In this document: one piece after another, positions 36,374-43,584 of the stretch
How the letters are laid out: each line of letters begins with the position of its first letter
How positions within the stretch are numbered: position 1 is the stretch's first letter
Source of the DNA: Acidobacteriota bacterium
Lineage (GTDB): Bacteria > Acidobacteriota > UBA6911 > JACQSX01
Assembly: GCA_036507075.1 (NCBI GenBank)
Contig: DASXQR010000232.1
Location: 1 to 43,584, forward strand
Reading direction: 5' to 3'
Length of the DNA: 43,584 bases
Made by a program: the position numbers and the translations under genes
The notes under the pieces: generated by a model
What the model saw: only the letters and a program-made list of their open reading frames with translations
Told to the model about the DNA's origin: nothing
Database searches by the model: none

Positions 36374-37198
36374 ATGGGTTCAGAGAGTAAAACAGTTCCT
36401 TTCCGGGGCAAGATTTTCCGGGGCGCGGTGACCGCCCGTCTGGCGGCGCGACTCACCTTCCTGCTGGACGATCCGGAGGCGGCGGATGGCATATCAGGCT
36501 CGCGGCGCGTCCTGTCGGGCCCGTTCCGAACCATCTGGGAAATTTCCATTGGAGGAGACACCTTTTTTGTTCATCTTTTTCGTCATCAGCGGCGCGAAAT
36601 CCTCGACCGCATCGTGCGCATGCAGACTCTGCTGCGACGGATGCAGATAGGCACCTTTGATGTGTGCGCCGTGGGACGCGAAACCGGGCACAGCGGACAC
36701 CGCGAGTTCTTTATCGCGCGGAAGATCGACAATGCGGTGAGCCTGCCGGCAGGCCTGGGACACCGTTACGAAGTAGTTCCGGAGGCGCCCGACCTTCCCG
36801 ATAAGTTGAGCGTCTCGCTGGCGCAATTCATTTCCGGCTTCCATCTGAAGCGTATCATCCATGGGGATCTCAAGAGCCGCCACATTCTGCTCCAGCAGGG
36901 CGCCGGGATGCCGCGCTTCTTTCTGGTGGATCTGGAAAAAGCGCGCCGCCTCCGATACCTGCCCGAGAGACTGGTAGACGTGTTCCGGGTGCGGGATTTG
37001 ATTCAGCTCTCCGCCTCGTGCGGCCAGATCATCACGCGCAGTCAAAAAACACGATTTCTCCGAAATTATCTTCGCCGGCTGTCCATTCCGGCTGAGCGTC
37101 GCCGCACCTTCTATTTTGTGCTGCGCCTGTACTCGATTCACGACTTCCGGCAGGGGCGGACGCTGCTGGAAAATATTCTGGGTGCGATTCGGCCATAA
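36374..37198 (+). CDS. Lipopolysaccharide/sugar kinase of the Kdo/WaaP/InaA (protein-kinase-like) family; start uncertain
   Basis: FHLKRIIHGDLKSRHILL, FLVDLEKA, RVRDLIQL, RFLRNYL. Confidence 0.78.
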   Translation: MGSESKTVPFRGKIFRGAVTARLAARLTFLLDDPEAADGISGSRRVLSGPFRTIWEISIGGDTFFVHLFRHQRREILDRIVRMQTLLRRMQIGTFDVCAVGRETGHSGHREFFIARKIDNAVSLPAGLGHRYEVVPEAPDLPDKLSVSLAQFISGFHLKRIIHGDLKSRHILLQQGAGMPRFFLVDLEKARRLRYLPERLVDVFRVRDLIQLSASCGQIITRSQKTRFLRNYLRRLSIPAERRRTFYFVLRLYSIHDFRQGRTLLENILGAIRP

Positions 37199-37214
37199 GT
37201 TTTCCAATTCAAGA

Positions 37215-37347
37215 TTGCCACGAAGACACGAAGGCACAAAGATCTAAACCTACCTAAAAGTGTCACTTTTAAGAGCATTATCAAGGATTCCGAGCAGTGC
37301 GCCTTCAAGTTAAATACGAACTTCGTGTCTTCGTGGCTTCGTGGCAA
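37215..37347. repeat. GCCACGAAG-family element between the convergent kinase and wzt
   Basis: ttgccacgaagacacgaaggcacaaag / cttcgtgtcttcgtggcttcgtggcaa. Confidence 0.93.
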
Positions 37348-37354
37348 AGACCGA

Positions 37355-38662
37355 CTAACGCGTTACCCGATAACTCGCCTCTACCTCCAGCTTCCACATT
37401 CCGTAGACGAGCTCTGTATCCAGCAGCGTGAGAATGTAAGCATTATCAATCCAGTCGCAAATATCATGCTCCCAGATGTTGCCACTGGCGACAGCCGGTG
37501 AAATGGAATAGCTTCCCGGACGCATCCTGGGAACCCGCACGCTAAAATCCACCGTGATGTAATCGCCCGCCTGCGCAGGGGGCAACTTCACCCTTTCGTA
37601 GGACGTGTTGGTCGAGCTGATTTCCACGTTCAGATGGTCGCGAAGCGTGAAACCGATGATTGGATGCTCCACTCCCTCCTCGAACCTGGCGCTGATCCTT
37701 ACAATCACCACATCCTCGGCCCGCGCCTGGTTGAGCACCTGATGCTGGGTGTCAAGGACCAGAATGCCCTGAATCGCGGCTTTTCCGTTTCCGAAGCGGT
37801 GGTCCATATGCGGAATTGTGCTCACCACCGTGATCGAAGGGTCGATCCGGCCCACAACCGGCAAGGCGTCTCCCGGCAGGTGTTTTTGTCGTCTCTCCCG
37901 TTCGAAAAATATCTCCAGATATTTTTGTACCACCGTGTAGGGCTCTCCTTGCGTAACAAGCGATCCGGCGTCCAGCAGGACAGTTCGATCGCAGAAGCGC
38001 GTCACTGCCTGCAGATCGTGACTCACAAAGAGAATGGTTTTCCCGGAGCGGCGCAACTGATCGATACGGTGCATGCAGCGATGCTGAAACACGATATCTC
38101 CCACAGCGAGAGCTTCGTCGACCAGCAGAACCTCCGGGTCGACATTGATGGCCACAGCAAAGGCGAGACGCATGAACATCCCGCTGGAGTAGGTCTTAAC
38201 AGGCTGATCTATAAAGTTTCCAATAGACGCGAAGTCTTCGATCTCCGAAAAACGCCGGTCGACCTCACCTTTTTGCAGCCCCAGGATTGACGCGTTCATG
38301 TACACGTTTTCGCGCCCCGTGAAATTCGGATTGAATCCCGCCCCCAGTTCCAGGAGGGCGGCAACTTTGCCTTTGACTTCCAAAACACCGAGAGTGGGCG
38401 CCATGATACCGGCCACCAGTTGCAGCAGAGTGCTCTTGCCGCTGCCGTTGGCTCCAATAATTCCGACTGTCGTGCCGGGCTCCACTTCCAGGTTGATATC
38501 GCGCAGGGCCCAAAACTCGTCGTGAAACCGGCGCCGCTTGAGCGTGAGTATCTCGAGCAGTTTGTCTGAAGACCTGCGATAGATCGGGTATTTTTTGGAA
38601 ACGTGTTTGAGCGAAATAACGGGCATTTCGTTTCTTTGCGGCAGCGGTCTGGATTTTGACAT
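37355..38662 (-). CDS. wzt: Polysaccharide ABC exporter ATP-binding subunit with C-terminal carbohydrate-binding domain
   Basis: FWALRDINL, GANGSGKST, LLELGAGF, PVKTYSSGMFMRLAF, VDEALAVGD, VSHD; C-terminal HRFGNG..GSYSISPAV domain. Confidence 0.93.
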   Translation of the reverse strand: MSKSRPLPQRNEMPVISLKHVSKKYPIYRRSSDKLLEILTLKRRRFHDEFWALRDINLEVEPGTTVGIIGANGSGKSTLLQLVAGIMAPTLGVLEVKGKVAALLELGAGFNPNFTGRENVYMNASILGLQKGEVDRRFSEIEDFASIGNFIDQPVKTYSSGMFMRLAFAVAINVDPEVLLVDEALAVGDIVFQHRCMHRIDQLRRSGKTILFVSHDLQAVTRFCDRTVLLDAGSLVTQGEPYTVVQKYLEIFFERERRQKHLPGDALPVVGRIDPSITVVSTIPHMDHRFGNGKAAIQGILVLDTQHQVLNQARAEDVVIVRISARFEEGVEHPIIGFTLRDHLNVEISSTNTSYERVKLPPAQAGDYITVDFSVRVPRMRPGSYSISPAVASGNIWEHDICDWIDNAYILTLLDTELVYGMWKLEVEASYRVTR

Positions 38663-38798
38663 CACTGCATTATGAGAACATCTGGCATCCGCTTGTTCTG
38701 TATTCACCAATTCCAGCCGCACAATTATGAACTGAAGGCAGGACATAGACCAAGGCCGGTTGTCGGTGACCGAACAGAGTAGGGGAAAAAAGGGGACG

Positions 38799-38846
38799 GA
38801 AGGGTGATGAAGGGTGATGAAGGGTTATGAAGGGGGGCGTGAAGGG
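38799..38846 (+). repeat. 10-mer tandem GAAGGGTGAT; related sequence on the minus strand at 14491-14524
   Basis: ga agggtgatga agggtgatga agggttatga aggg. Confidence 0.8.
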
Positions 38847-38902
38847 AAGCTGTAACCACAGAGCCGCGGCCGGAAAAAGCTGTGAAAAAATCAAAAAGCC
38901 GG

Positions 38903-39045
38903 AACCGCGAAGGCGCGAAAGCGCGAAAAAAATGACGTCCCTTGATTGACCGCTTGGGACCAACCACTGAAATGTCTGCGGTTCTGCCCACTCCGAAGAA
39001 CCAGCGCTATTTTTGCTTTCGCGCCTTGGCGCCTTCGCGGTGAAA
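38903..39045. repeat. ACCGCGAAG-family element
   Basis: aaccgcgaaggcgcgaaagcgcgaaa / tttcgcgccttggcgccttcgcggtgaaa; a solo arm also lies at 42027-42047. Confidence 0.88.
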
Positions 39046-39156
39046 TTGCGCAGTATCCTGCTGGCTGTGTGTCGAAATCTGATGAGAATAATAGGGATAA
39101 AGTTAGAATGTAGGCAGAGTAACCGCGGCGCTGGACTGCGGTAAACCGCATTATTT

Positions 39157-39940
39157 ATGCTGACCATCGAAGCAGTCTCGAAGCGTTTCCATTCCGGGAA
39201 CTACGGTGTTCGCGATCTCTGGCTATCGGTTGACGGAGGCGTGCTCGGCCTCCTCGGGCCAAACGGTGCGGGAAAGACACCGCTTCGATCCGGCCCGGCT
39301 GCGCAGCAGTGTGGCCACGGGGCGAACAGGCTGGATGGTGCGTGTCAATGCCGCGCTCAAGCCGATTGCACGTATCCTTCCCCCTTTCGGCAGATTGCTG
39401 TTTTTGCCGCCGTCGCTTCTGACCTCGGCGACGACCGACGCTCGAATGACCCTCACAGCCTATCCGATCATGCTTCCCCTGGCGCTTGGTCTGGCCGTCG
39501 CCGTGGTTGCCACGCCGGCGAACGACTTCATGCGCGGAGTGGTGCCGATGGCATTCGGGATGGCCTGCATAGCCATTGCCGACATGCCCTGCCGGGAGCA
39601 CCGCGCCGGATTGCTAGGGCTGATTCATTCGGTGCCGCTGCTGAAAACGGGGTTCGTATGGTGGAAGCTGCTCGCAAGCACGTTGGTCGCCATGGTATTT
39701 CTCATCACCCCGCTCGCGCGAGTGGTGGTTAGCCACCCGGCTTCCGCCGTGGCCTTCGGCATTGGGTTATTTGTTGTTGTGGCCGTTGGCACGGCGCTCG
39801 GCGTCATCACCCAGACTCCCAAGACATTCACGCTGGTCTTTGTTCACCACAGAGCCGCAAAGAACGCCGAGTTTCCGCAGAGTTTCATCACACCCTCACC
39901 GAAACTTGGCGTTCTCGGCGGCTCTGCGGTGAAAAGATGA
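39157..39940 (+). pseudogene. Collapsed ABC-transporter remnant: ATPase N-terminus joined out of frame to a membrane-protein C-terminal fragment
   Basis: MLTIEAVSKRF..GVLGLLGPNGAGKT (39157-39279) breaks off at Walker A. From 39278 another frame gives HRFDPAR.. plus several TM helices and runs into a repeat at 39843. Confidence 0.75.
39843..39933. repeat. TTCACCRCAGAG-family hairpin truncating the ABC pseudogene
   Basis: ttcaccacagagccgcaaagaacgccgagttt / aaacttggcgttctcggcggctctgcggtgaa. Confidence 0.9.
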
Positions 39941-39988
39941 ATATAGGAATGCCGGCTGATTTGGACAGCAGTGAGGGGACGTTACGTG

Positions 39989-40801
39989 TTAGATGACATC
40001 CACAAATTCTCTCTTCGAGACCCGAAAAAAAATTCCGCCGACTATGAACATCACGATGCCGCTGGCGTAAAGCATGACAGCGGACTGCCATGTGGGCAGT
40101 TGATCAAAGAACAGGGCGCGGCGATAGGCTTCCACTACGTGCGTCAGAGGATTGAGGATTAGAAACGGCTGTACCCACGCAGGCGCTTTCTCGGGAAGGT
40201 AGAAGATCGGCGTAAACCAGAACCAGAACGTGAGAAGCACCCCCAAGACCTGCGCGGTATCACGCAGGAACACATTCAGCGCCGCGCTGATCCAACTGGT
40301 GCCGACGGTGAATAGGATCAGCCCGAACAGGAAGACGGGGAGCAGAAGAATCGCCCAGCCGATCGATTTGTACCAGAGCAGGACCACTGTCAGAATCGCC
40401 AGCCCCACGGCGTGATTGATCAGATTCGCCGCCAGGATCGAAAGGGGCAGGATCTCGGATGGAAACACAGTTTTCTTGATCAGATGTGTGTTCTCCAGAA
40501 TCGAACCGGTAGAGCGCATCAGAGTGTCCTGGAAAAAAAGCCATGGCAGGATTCCGCAGAACAGAAACAAGGGATAATTCTCGATTCCCTGACGCACTCC
40601 AACCTTTAATATCACGGAAAAAACAAACGTATAGCTGACCAGGAGGATCAGCGGATGCACCACCGCCCAAAACAAACCCATAAACGAACCCACGTACCGC
40701 TGCCTGAGCTCTCGTACCGCAAAATTCCAGATCAGATAACGCTGTCGCAGAAGCTTGGACAGGAAGTTGCGCAGGATTGTCCAGAATGCCAGCTCTCTCA
40801 C
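39989..40801 (-). CDS. wzm: Polysaccharide ABC exporter permease
   Basis: RELRQRYVGSFMGLFW, GILPWLFF, LIKKTVFP, NVFLRD, TPIFY, LNPLTHVVEAYR, REFVDVI. Confidence 0.94.
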   Translation of the reverse strand: MRELAFWTILRNFLSKLLRQRYLIWNFAVRELRQRYVGSFMGLFWAVVHPLILLVSYTFVFSVILKVGVRQGIENYPLFLFCGILPWLFFQDTLMRSTGSILENTHLIKKTVFPSEILPLSILAANLINHAVGLAILTVVLLWYKSIGWAILLLPVFLFGLILFTVGTSWISAALNVFLRDTAQVLGVLLTFWFWFTPIFYLPEKAPAWVQPFLILNPLTHVVEAYRRALFFDQLPTWQSAVMLYASGIVMFIVGGIFFRVSKREFVDVI

Positions 40802-41910
40802 CTCTCTCTCAGGTTTTGAAACAGGCGCTCGTAAAGATCAGTGGTAGTTTCCCAGGAATAATGCGCAGCCACTCTCTGTCGAGCCGCGACCCGGAGCCGC
40901 TCAAATTTGTCCGGGCACCGCAGTATCTCGGCCAGCCTGGCCGTCAAATCCGCGGCGTGGTTGCGCTGGTAATAGATCCCCGTGTCTTCGAGAACCTCGC
41001 GATGCTCGGGAGTGTCGTTGGCGATGATGATGTTGCCGGCGCCCATCGCCTGAAGCAGCGCCGGATGTGTCCCTCCTACTTCCGTCGCCTGAACATAAGC
41101 CAGGGCGTGGCTTAACAGCTCTTCCACGCCTTTGCCGTAGATGGACCCGGTCAGGATCACGCGCTTTCCCCTGGCACTACTCTCCGCCAGCTTCTTTAAG
41201 CCCGCGATGTAGTTTTGGCTGTATGGCGCGTCACCCACGACCACCAGGGGCGGGGCATCAATCAGCTTCTGATAAGCCTGAATTACGGTGTGGGCGTGAT
41301 TCTCCGGTTCCAGCCGGCTGACATAAAGAAAATAAGAGCGTGATATCAGGTTTAACTTCTTCAGCATTTCTCCCGCGGGTTCGGAGATCAGAGCTGCGCC
41401 ATAGGGGATCAGGACGCTCTCGACGCCGTACCGCTGTCGATAATAGTGCTGGATCACGCGGGCGTCGGCCACCAGGACATGAGGCAGGCGCGCCGCCAGA
41501 CGTTCGGAGATAAGGTATGCCGCGCGTCCCAGCCAATTCCATTTTCGTCGCTGCCGTTCAATTCCATCGACATTAATGGCCACTTTCTGCGCGGCCAGAC
41601 GCGGCAGCAGTGTGAAAAGGGCATTAATGGCGTTGCACATCAGCACGGCATCATACCCTGCAAACAGCCCGTGCAGTGCGGATAATGCGCTGTGCGACAC
41701 TGTGTCGAGATATTTGTGCGGGAACGCCGGAAGAATAACCCGCCGAACACCACGATAATCGGGCTGCGGGTGCGGCGAATAATGCCGCCGGCAATAAACG
41801 GTCACTTCATGCCCGCGCCGGGCGAGACGGGCGGAAAGCTCCTCGGCGAAAGTCTCAAAGCCGCCATAACGCGCCGGAATTCCACGCGTCCCCATCAACG
41901 CAAGGCGCAT
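40798..41910 (-). CDS. Glycosyltransferase family 4 (DUF1972/WchF-like)
   Basis: GTRGIPARYGGFETF, INVDGIE, VSRLEPEN, EVGGTHPALLQAM. Confidence 0.92.
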   Translation of the reverse strand: MRLALMGTRGIPARYGGFETFAEELSARLARRGHEVTVYCRRHYSPHPQPDYRGVRRVILPAFPHKYLDTVSHSALSALHGLFAGYDAVLMCNAINALFTLLPRLAAQKVAINVDGIERQRRKWNWLGRAAYLISERLAARLPHVLVADARVIQHYYRQRYGVESVLIPYGAALISEPAGEMLKKLNLISRSYFLYVSRLEPENHAHTVIQAYQKLIDAPPLVVVGDAPYSQNYIAGLKKLAESSARGKRVILTGSIYGKGVEELLSHALAYVQATEVGGTHPALLQAMGAGNIIIANDTPEHREVLEDTGIYYQRNHAADLTARLAEILRCPDKFERLRVAARQRVAAHYSWETTTDLYERLFQNLRER

Positions 41911-41928
41911 ATGCTTGAAAGTTCACGG

Positions 41929-41980
41929 GCTTGGTGCCTTGGTGGTCAAAAAAAATAATGAACCACCAAGACACCAAGCT
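41929..41980. repeat. Inside-out ACCACCAAG hairpin (same as about 3728-3780)
   Basis: gcttggtgccttggtggt ... accaccaagacaccaagc. Confidence 0.85.
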
Positions 41981-42001
41981 AGCCTGTGACAGCCTGGTAA
42001 A

Positions 42002-43276
42002 CTAGACCCATCCTTCGTTTTTCAACCTTCGCGCCTTCGCGGTGAATTCTTTTCCAGCGTACGGGGCCGCCAGTAGAAATAGGAACAGGGTCAGGACTTC
42101 CGAGTCGCCAAAGTTGTATTCAAACAGGCCGGCAACCAGCAGAGCGGCAACGCACGAAACGGCGGCTCTCGCGGCGCCCTTTTCGGGGTCGGAGAGATCC
42201 GAGCGCGCTACGATACGAATGCAGTGCACCACAAACACCGCCAAGAACGCGATCCAGAAGGCCAGTCCTACCAGGCCCACTTCGGCCCCAATTTGAATAA
42301 AATCGTTGTGAAGATGCTGGTAGATCCAAAACGGGAACTCGTTGGTGGTGTTGTAATGCACATATTCCTGGGGCACCATCTTGAGGCCCACGCCGAAGAA
42401 AGGATGTGCCTCGATCATATTCAAGCCCGTCTGGAGCAGCTCCAGGCGAATTCGAGTAGTCTCATCATTCAGATCGAAAGCCGCCTTCAGGCGGCTCTGA
42501 AAATGCACGGGCAGAAGGAAGAAGCTGAGAGCAGAGGCAGTGCCCACCCCAATAACCCAGCGCCAGCTGATCATGAAGGCAAGCACCAGCAGCCCCACCA
42601 CCAGGCCAAGCCAGGCACTCCTTGTCTGGCATAAAACCAGGCTGAATATCTGAAGAGGAACAGCGGGAAGGACCCAGCGGTATTCCCGACCCCGGTAGCT
42701 GAGCAGCAAGGACATGGTAGAAATCAGAGACAGCATCTGCAGCCCGGAAAACGTCATCCAGTGTCCGGTAAGCCCGGTAATGCGGTTGACCAGGGTAATG
42801 TGAGGGTCAAAGAAGTACTGGAATATTGCCACCAGCGCGCTTGCCGCGCTTCCCACAGCTACCCAGCAATACAGGCGCTCCAGCCGCCCTGTTGTGCGAA
42901 ACGCCGCCGGCACGATGACAAGGAGTGAATAAAGCCAGAATTTCCGAAAATATCCCAGGCTGTACTGCGGATTTGGCGACATCAGCGCCGAAAGGATGGC
43001 AGCCACGGCAAACCCCGCCAGCAGGTAGAGGGGCGCGATGGGGCGGCCGACCATGCTCGGATGCCGCCACAGAATATAAAGCCAGCACAGAACTGCCAGC
43101 CCCAGGAAGATCTGGGAAACTGCGATGGAAAAGGTAACCGAGAAAATGCCAAGAAATGCCAGCGCGGAAAGCATGTTGCCCGACGTCAGTCGCCACACCA
43201 CAGTGGAATCGCCTTCCATCAGCGGCAGCCGCGCACCATCGATGGTTTCCAGCTTTTTTGCCAGCAATTCCAGCAT
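42002..43276 (-). CDS. O-antigen ligase / Wzy_C family membrane protein; start uncertain (43297, 43276 or 43219)
   Basis: About 12 TM segments; RITG, TRSAWLG, HPFFGVG, HLHNDFIQIGAEVGLVG, GLFEYNFGDSE; GAGGA upstream of ATG 43276. Confidence 0.88.
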   Translation of the reverse strand: MLELLAKKLETIDGARLPLMEGDSTVVWRLTSGNMLSALAFLGIFSVTFSIAVSQIFLGLAVLCWLYILWRHPSMVGRPIAPLYLLAGFAVAAILSALMSPNPQYSLGYFRKFWLYSLLVIVPAAFRTTGRLERLYCWVAVGSAASALVAIFQYFFDPHITLVNRITGLTGHWMTFSGLQMLSLISTMSLLLSYRGREYRWVLPAVPLQIFSLVLCQTRSAWLGLVVGLLVLAFMISWRWVIGVGTASALSFFLLPVHFQSRLKAAFDLNDETTRIRLELLQTGLNMIEAHPFFGVGLKMVPQEYVHYNTTNEFPFWIYQHLHNDFIQIGAEVGLVGLAFWIAFLAVFVVHCIRIVARSDLSDPEKGAARAAVSCVAALLVAGLFEYNFGDSEVLTLFLFLLAAPYAGKEFTAKARRLKNEGWV

Positions 43277-43377
43277 CACTTCCTCGCACTGCCGCACATT
43301 GGCGGGCGGCTATACCTAGATTTCCTTGGTGCGCGTAGAGTTCACAATTCGGTCAAATTTTGAAACTTTGGCATTTC

Positions 43378-43445
43378 GGAGAGACGGCCTGAGGGCCGTC
43401 TCTCTTGAGGCACAAACTCCCTGAGACGGCCCTCAGGCCGTCTCC
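43378..43445. repeat. REP-like doublet of GAGACGGCC hairpins
   Basis: gagagacggcctgagggccgtctctc ... gagacggccctcaggccgtctc; related to the GTAG-AGACG REP at 16862. Confidence 0.8.
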
Positions 43446-43462
43446 TGGAGTTTCTACATTTA

Positions 43463-43584
43463 TCACGCGGCAGCAGCGGAAGTCAGGCCTTTGTAGCTAT
43501 GCCGTACAGTCAGATTGTTTAGCAGTTCTGGGTGTTCTACGATCTCCTTGCGTAAGAGAGTGATCAGATCCAGGCAGGAGGGCC
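43463..43584 (-). CDS. Probable 3' end of a gene extending beyond the window
   Basis: Open frame PSCLDLITLLRKEIVEHPELLNNLTVRHSYKGLTSAAAA* ending at TGA 43463-43465. Confidence 0.4.
   Translation of the reverse strand, partial: PSCLDLITLLRKEIVEHPELLNNLTVRHSYKGLTSAAAA

Noticed and set aside
36850..36890. Kinase catalytic loop has His where Asn is usual (HGDLKSRH), suggesting a pseudokinase
   Set aside because: WaaP-family kinases are known to carry His at this position, so it does not indicate inactivity.
43463..43520. tmRNA tag-like ending (..AAAA*)
   Set aside because: It ends a longer open frame, and no tRNA-like 3' end (T-loop, CCA) follows.

Overview
A gene-dense, moderately GC-rich bacterial chromosomal segment. 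An Acidobacteriota origin is plausible from gene content and repeat style, but this is an inference only. It holds about 36 mostly housekeeping or metabolic genes: GT2, nagZ, xdhC, peptide-binding lipoprotein, tsaC, TrmH-family methyltransferase, rarA, uppP, radical SAM, etfBA, SDR, dinB, 2-oxoacid:ferredoxin oxidoreductase alpha/beta, MFS, aquaporin, acyl-CoA dehydrogenase, AhpD-like, D-aminoacylase, CNNM/hemolysin, FMN reductase, ABC-2 pair, mtnA and tsaD. The right end is a surface-glycan locus (2x GT2, WaaP/Kdo-type kinase, wzt, wzm, GT4, O-antigen ligase). I found no rRNA, tRNA, CRISPR array or transposase. The striking feature is non-coding: most intergenic gaps hold a 50-320 bp palindromic element, about 35 in all, built as [short tandem array]-spacer-[inverted tandem array]. 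They fall into 6-, 7-, 8-, 9- and 10-mer families plus GTAG-type REPs. They nest inside one another, occur as empty and filled versions, show arm-to-arm compensatory changes and share homologous spacers between distant copies. They supply the C-termini or stop codons of several genes, and one is read through in frame in an ORF joining uppP to the next gene. An internally deleted ABC-transporter remnant splits wzm from wzt. Several genes look leaderless.
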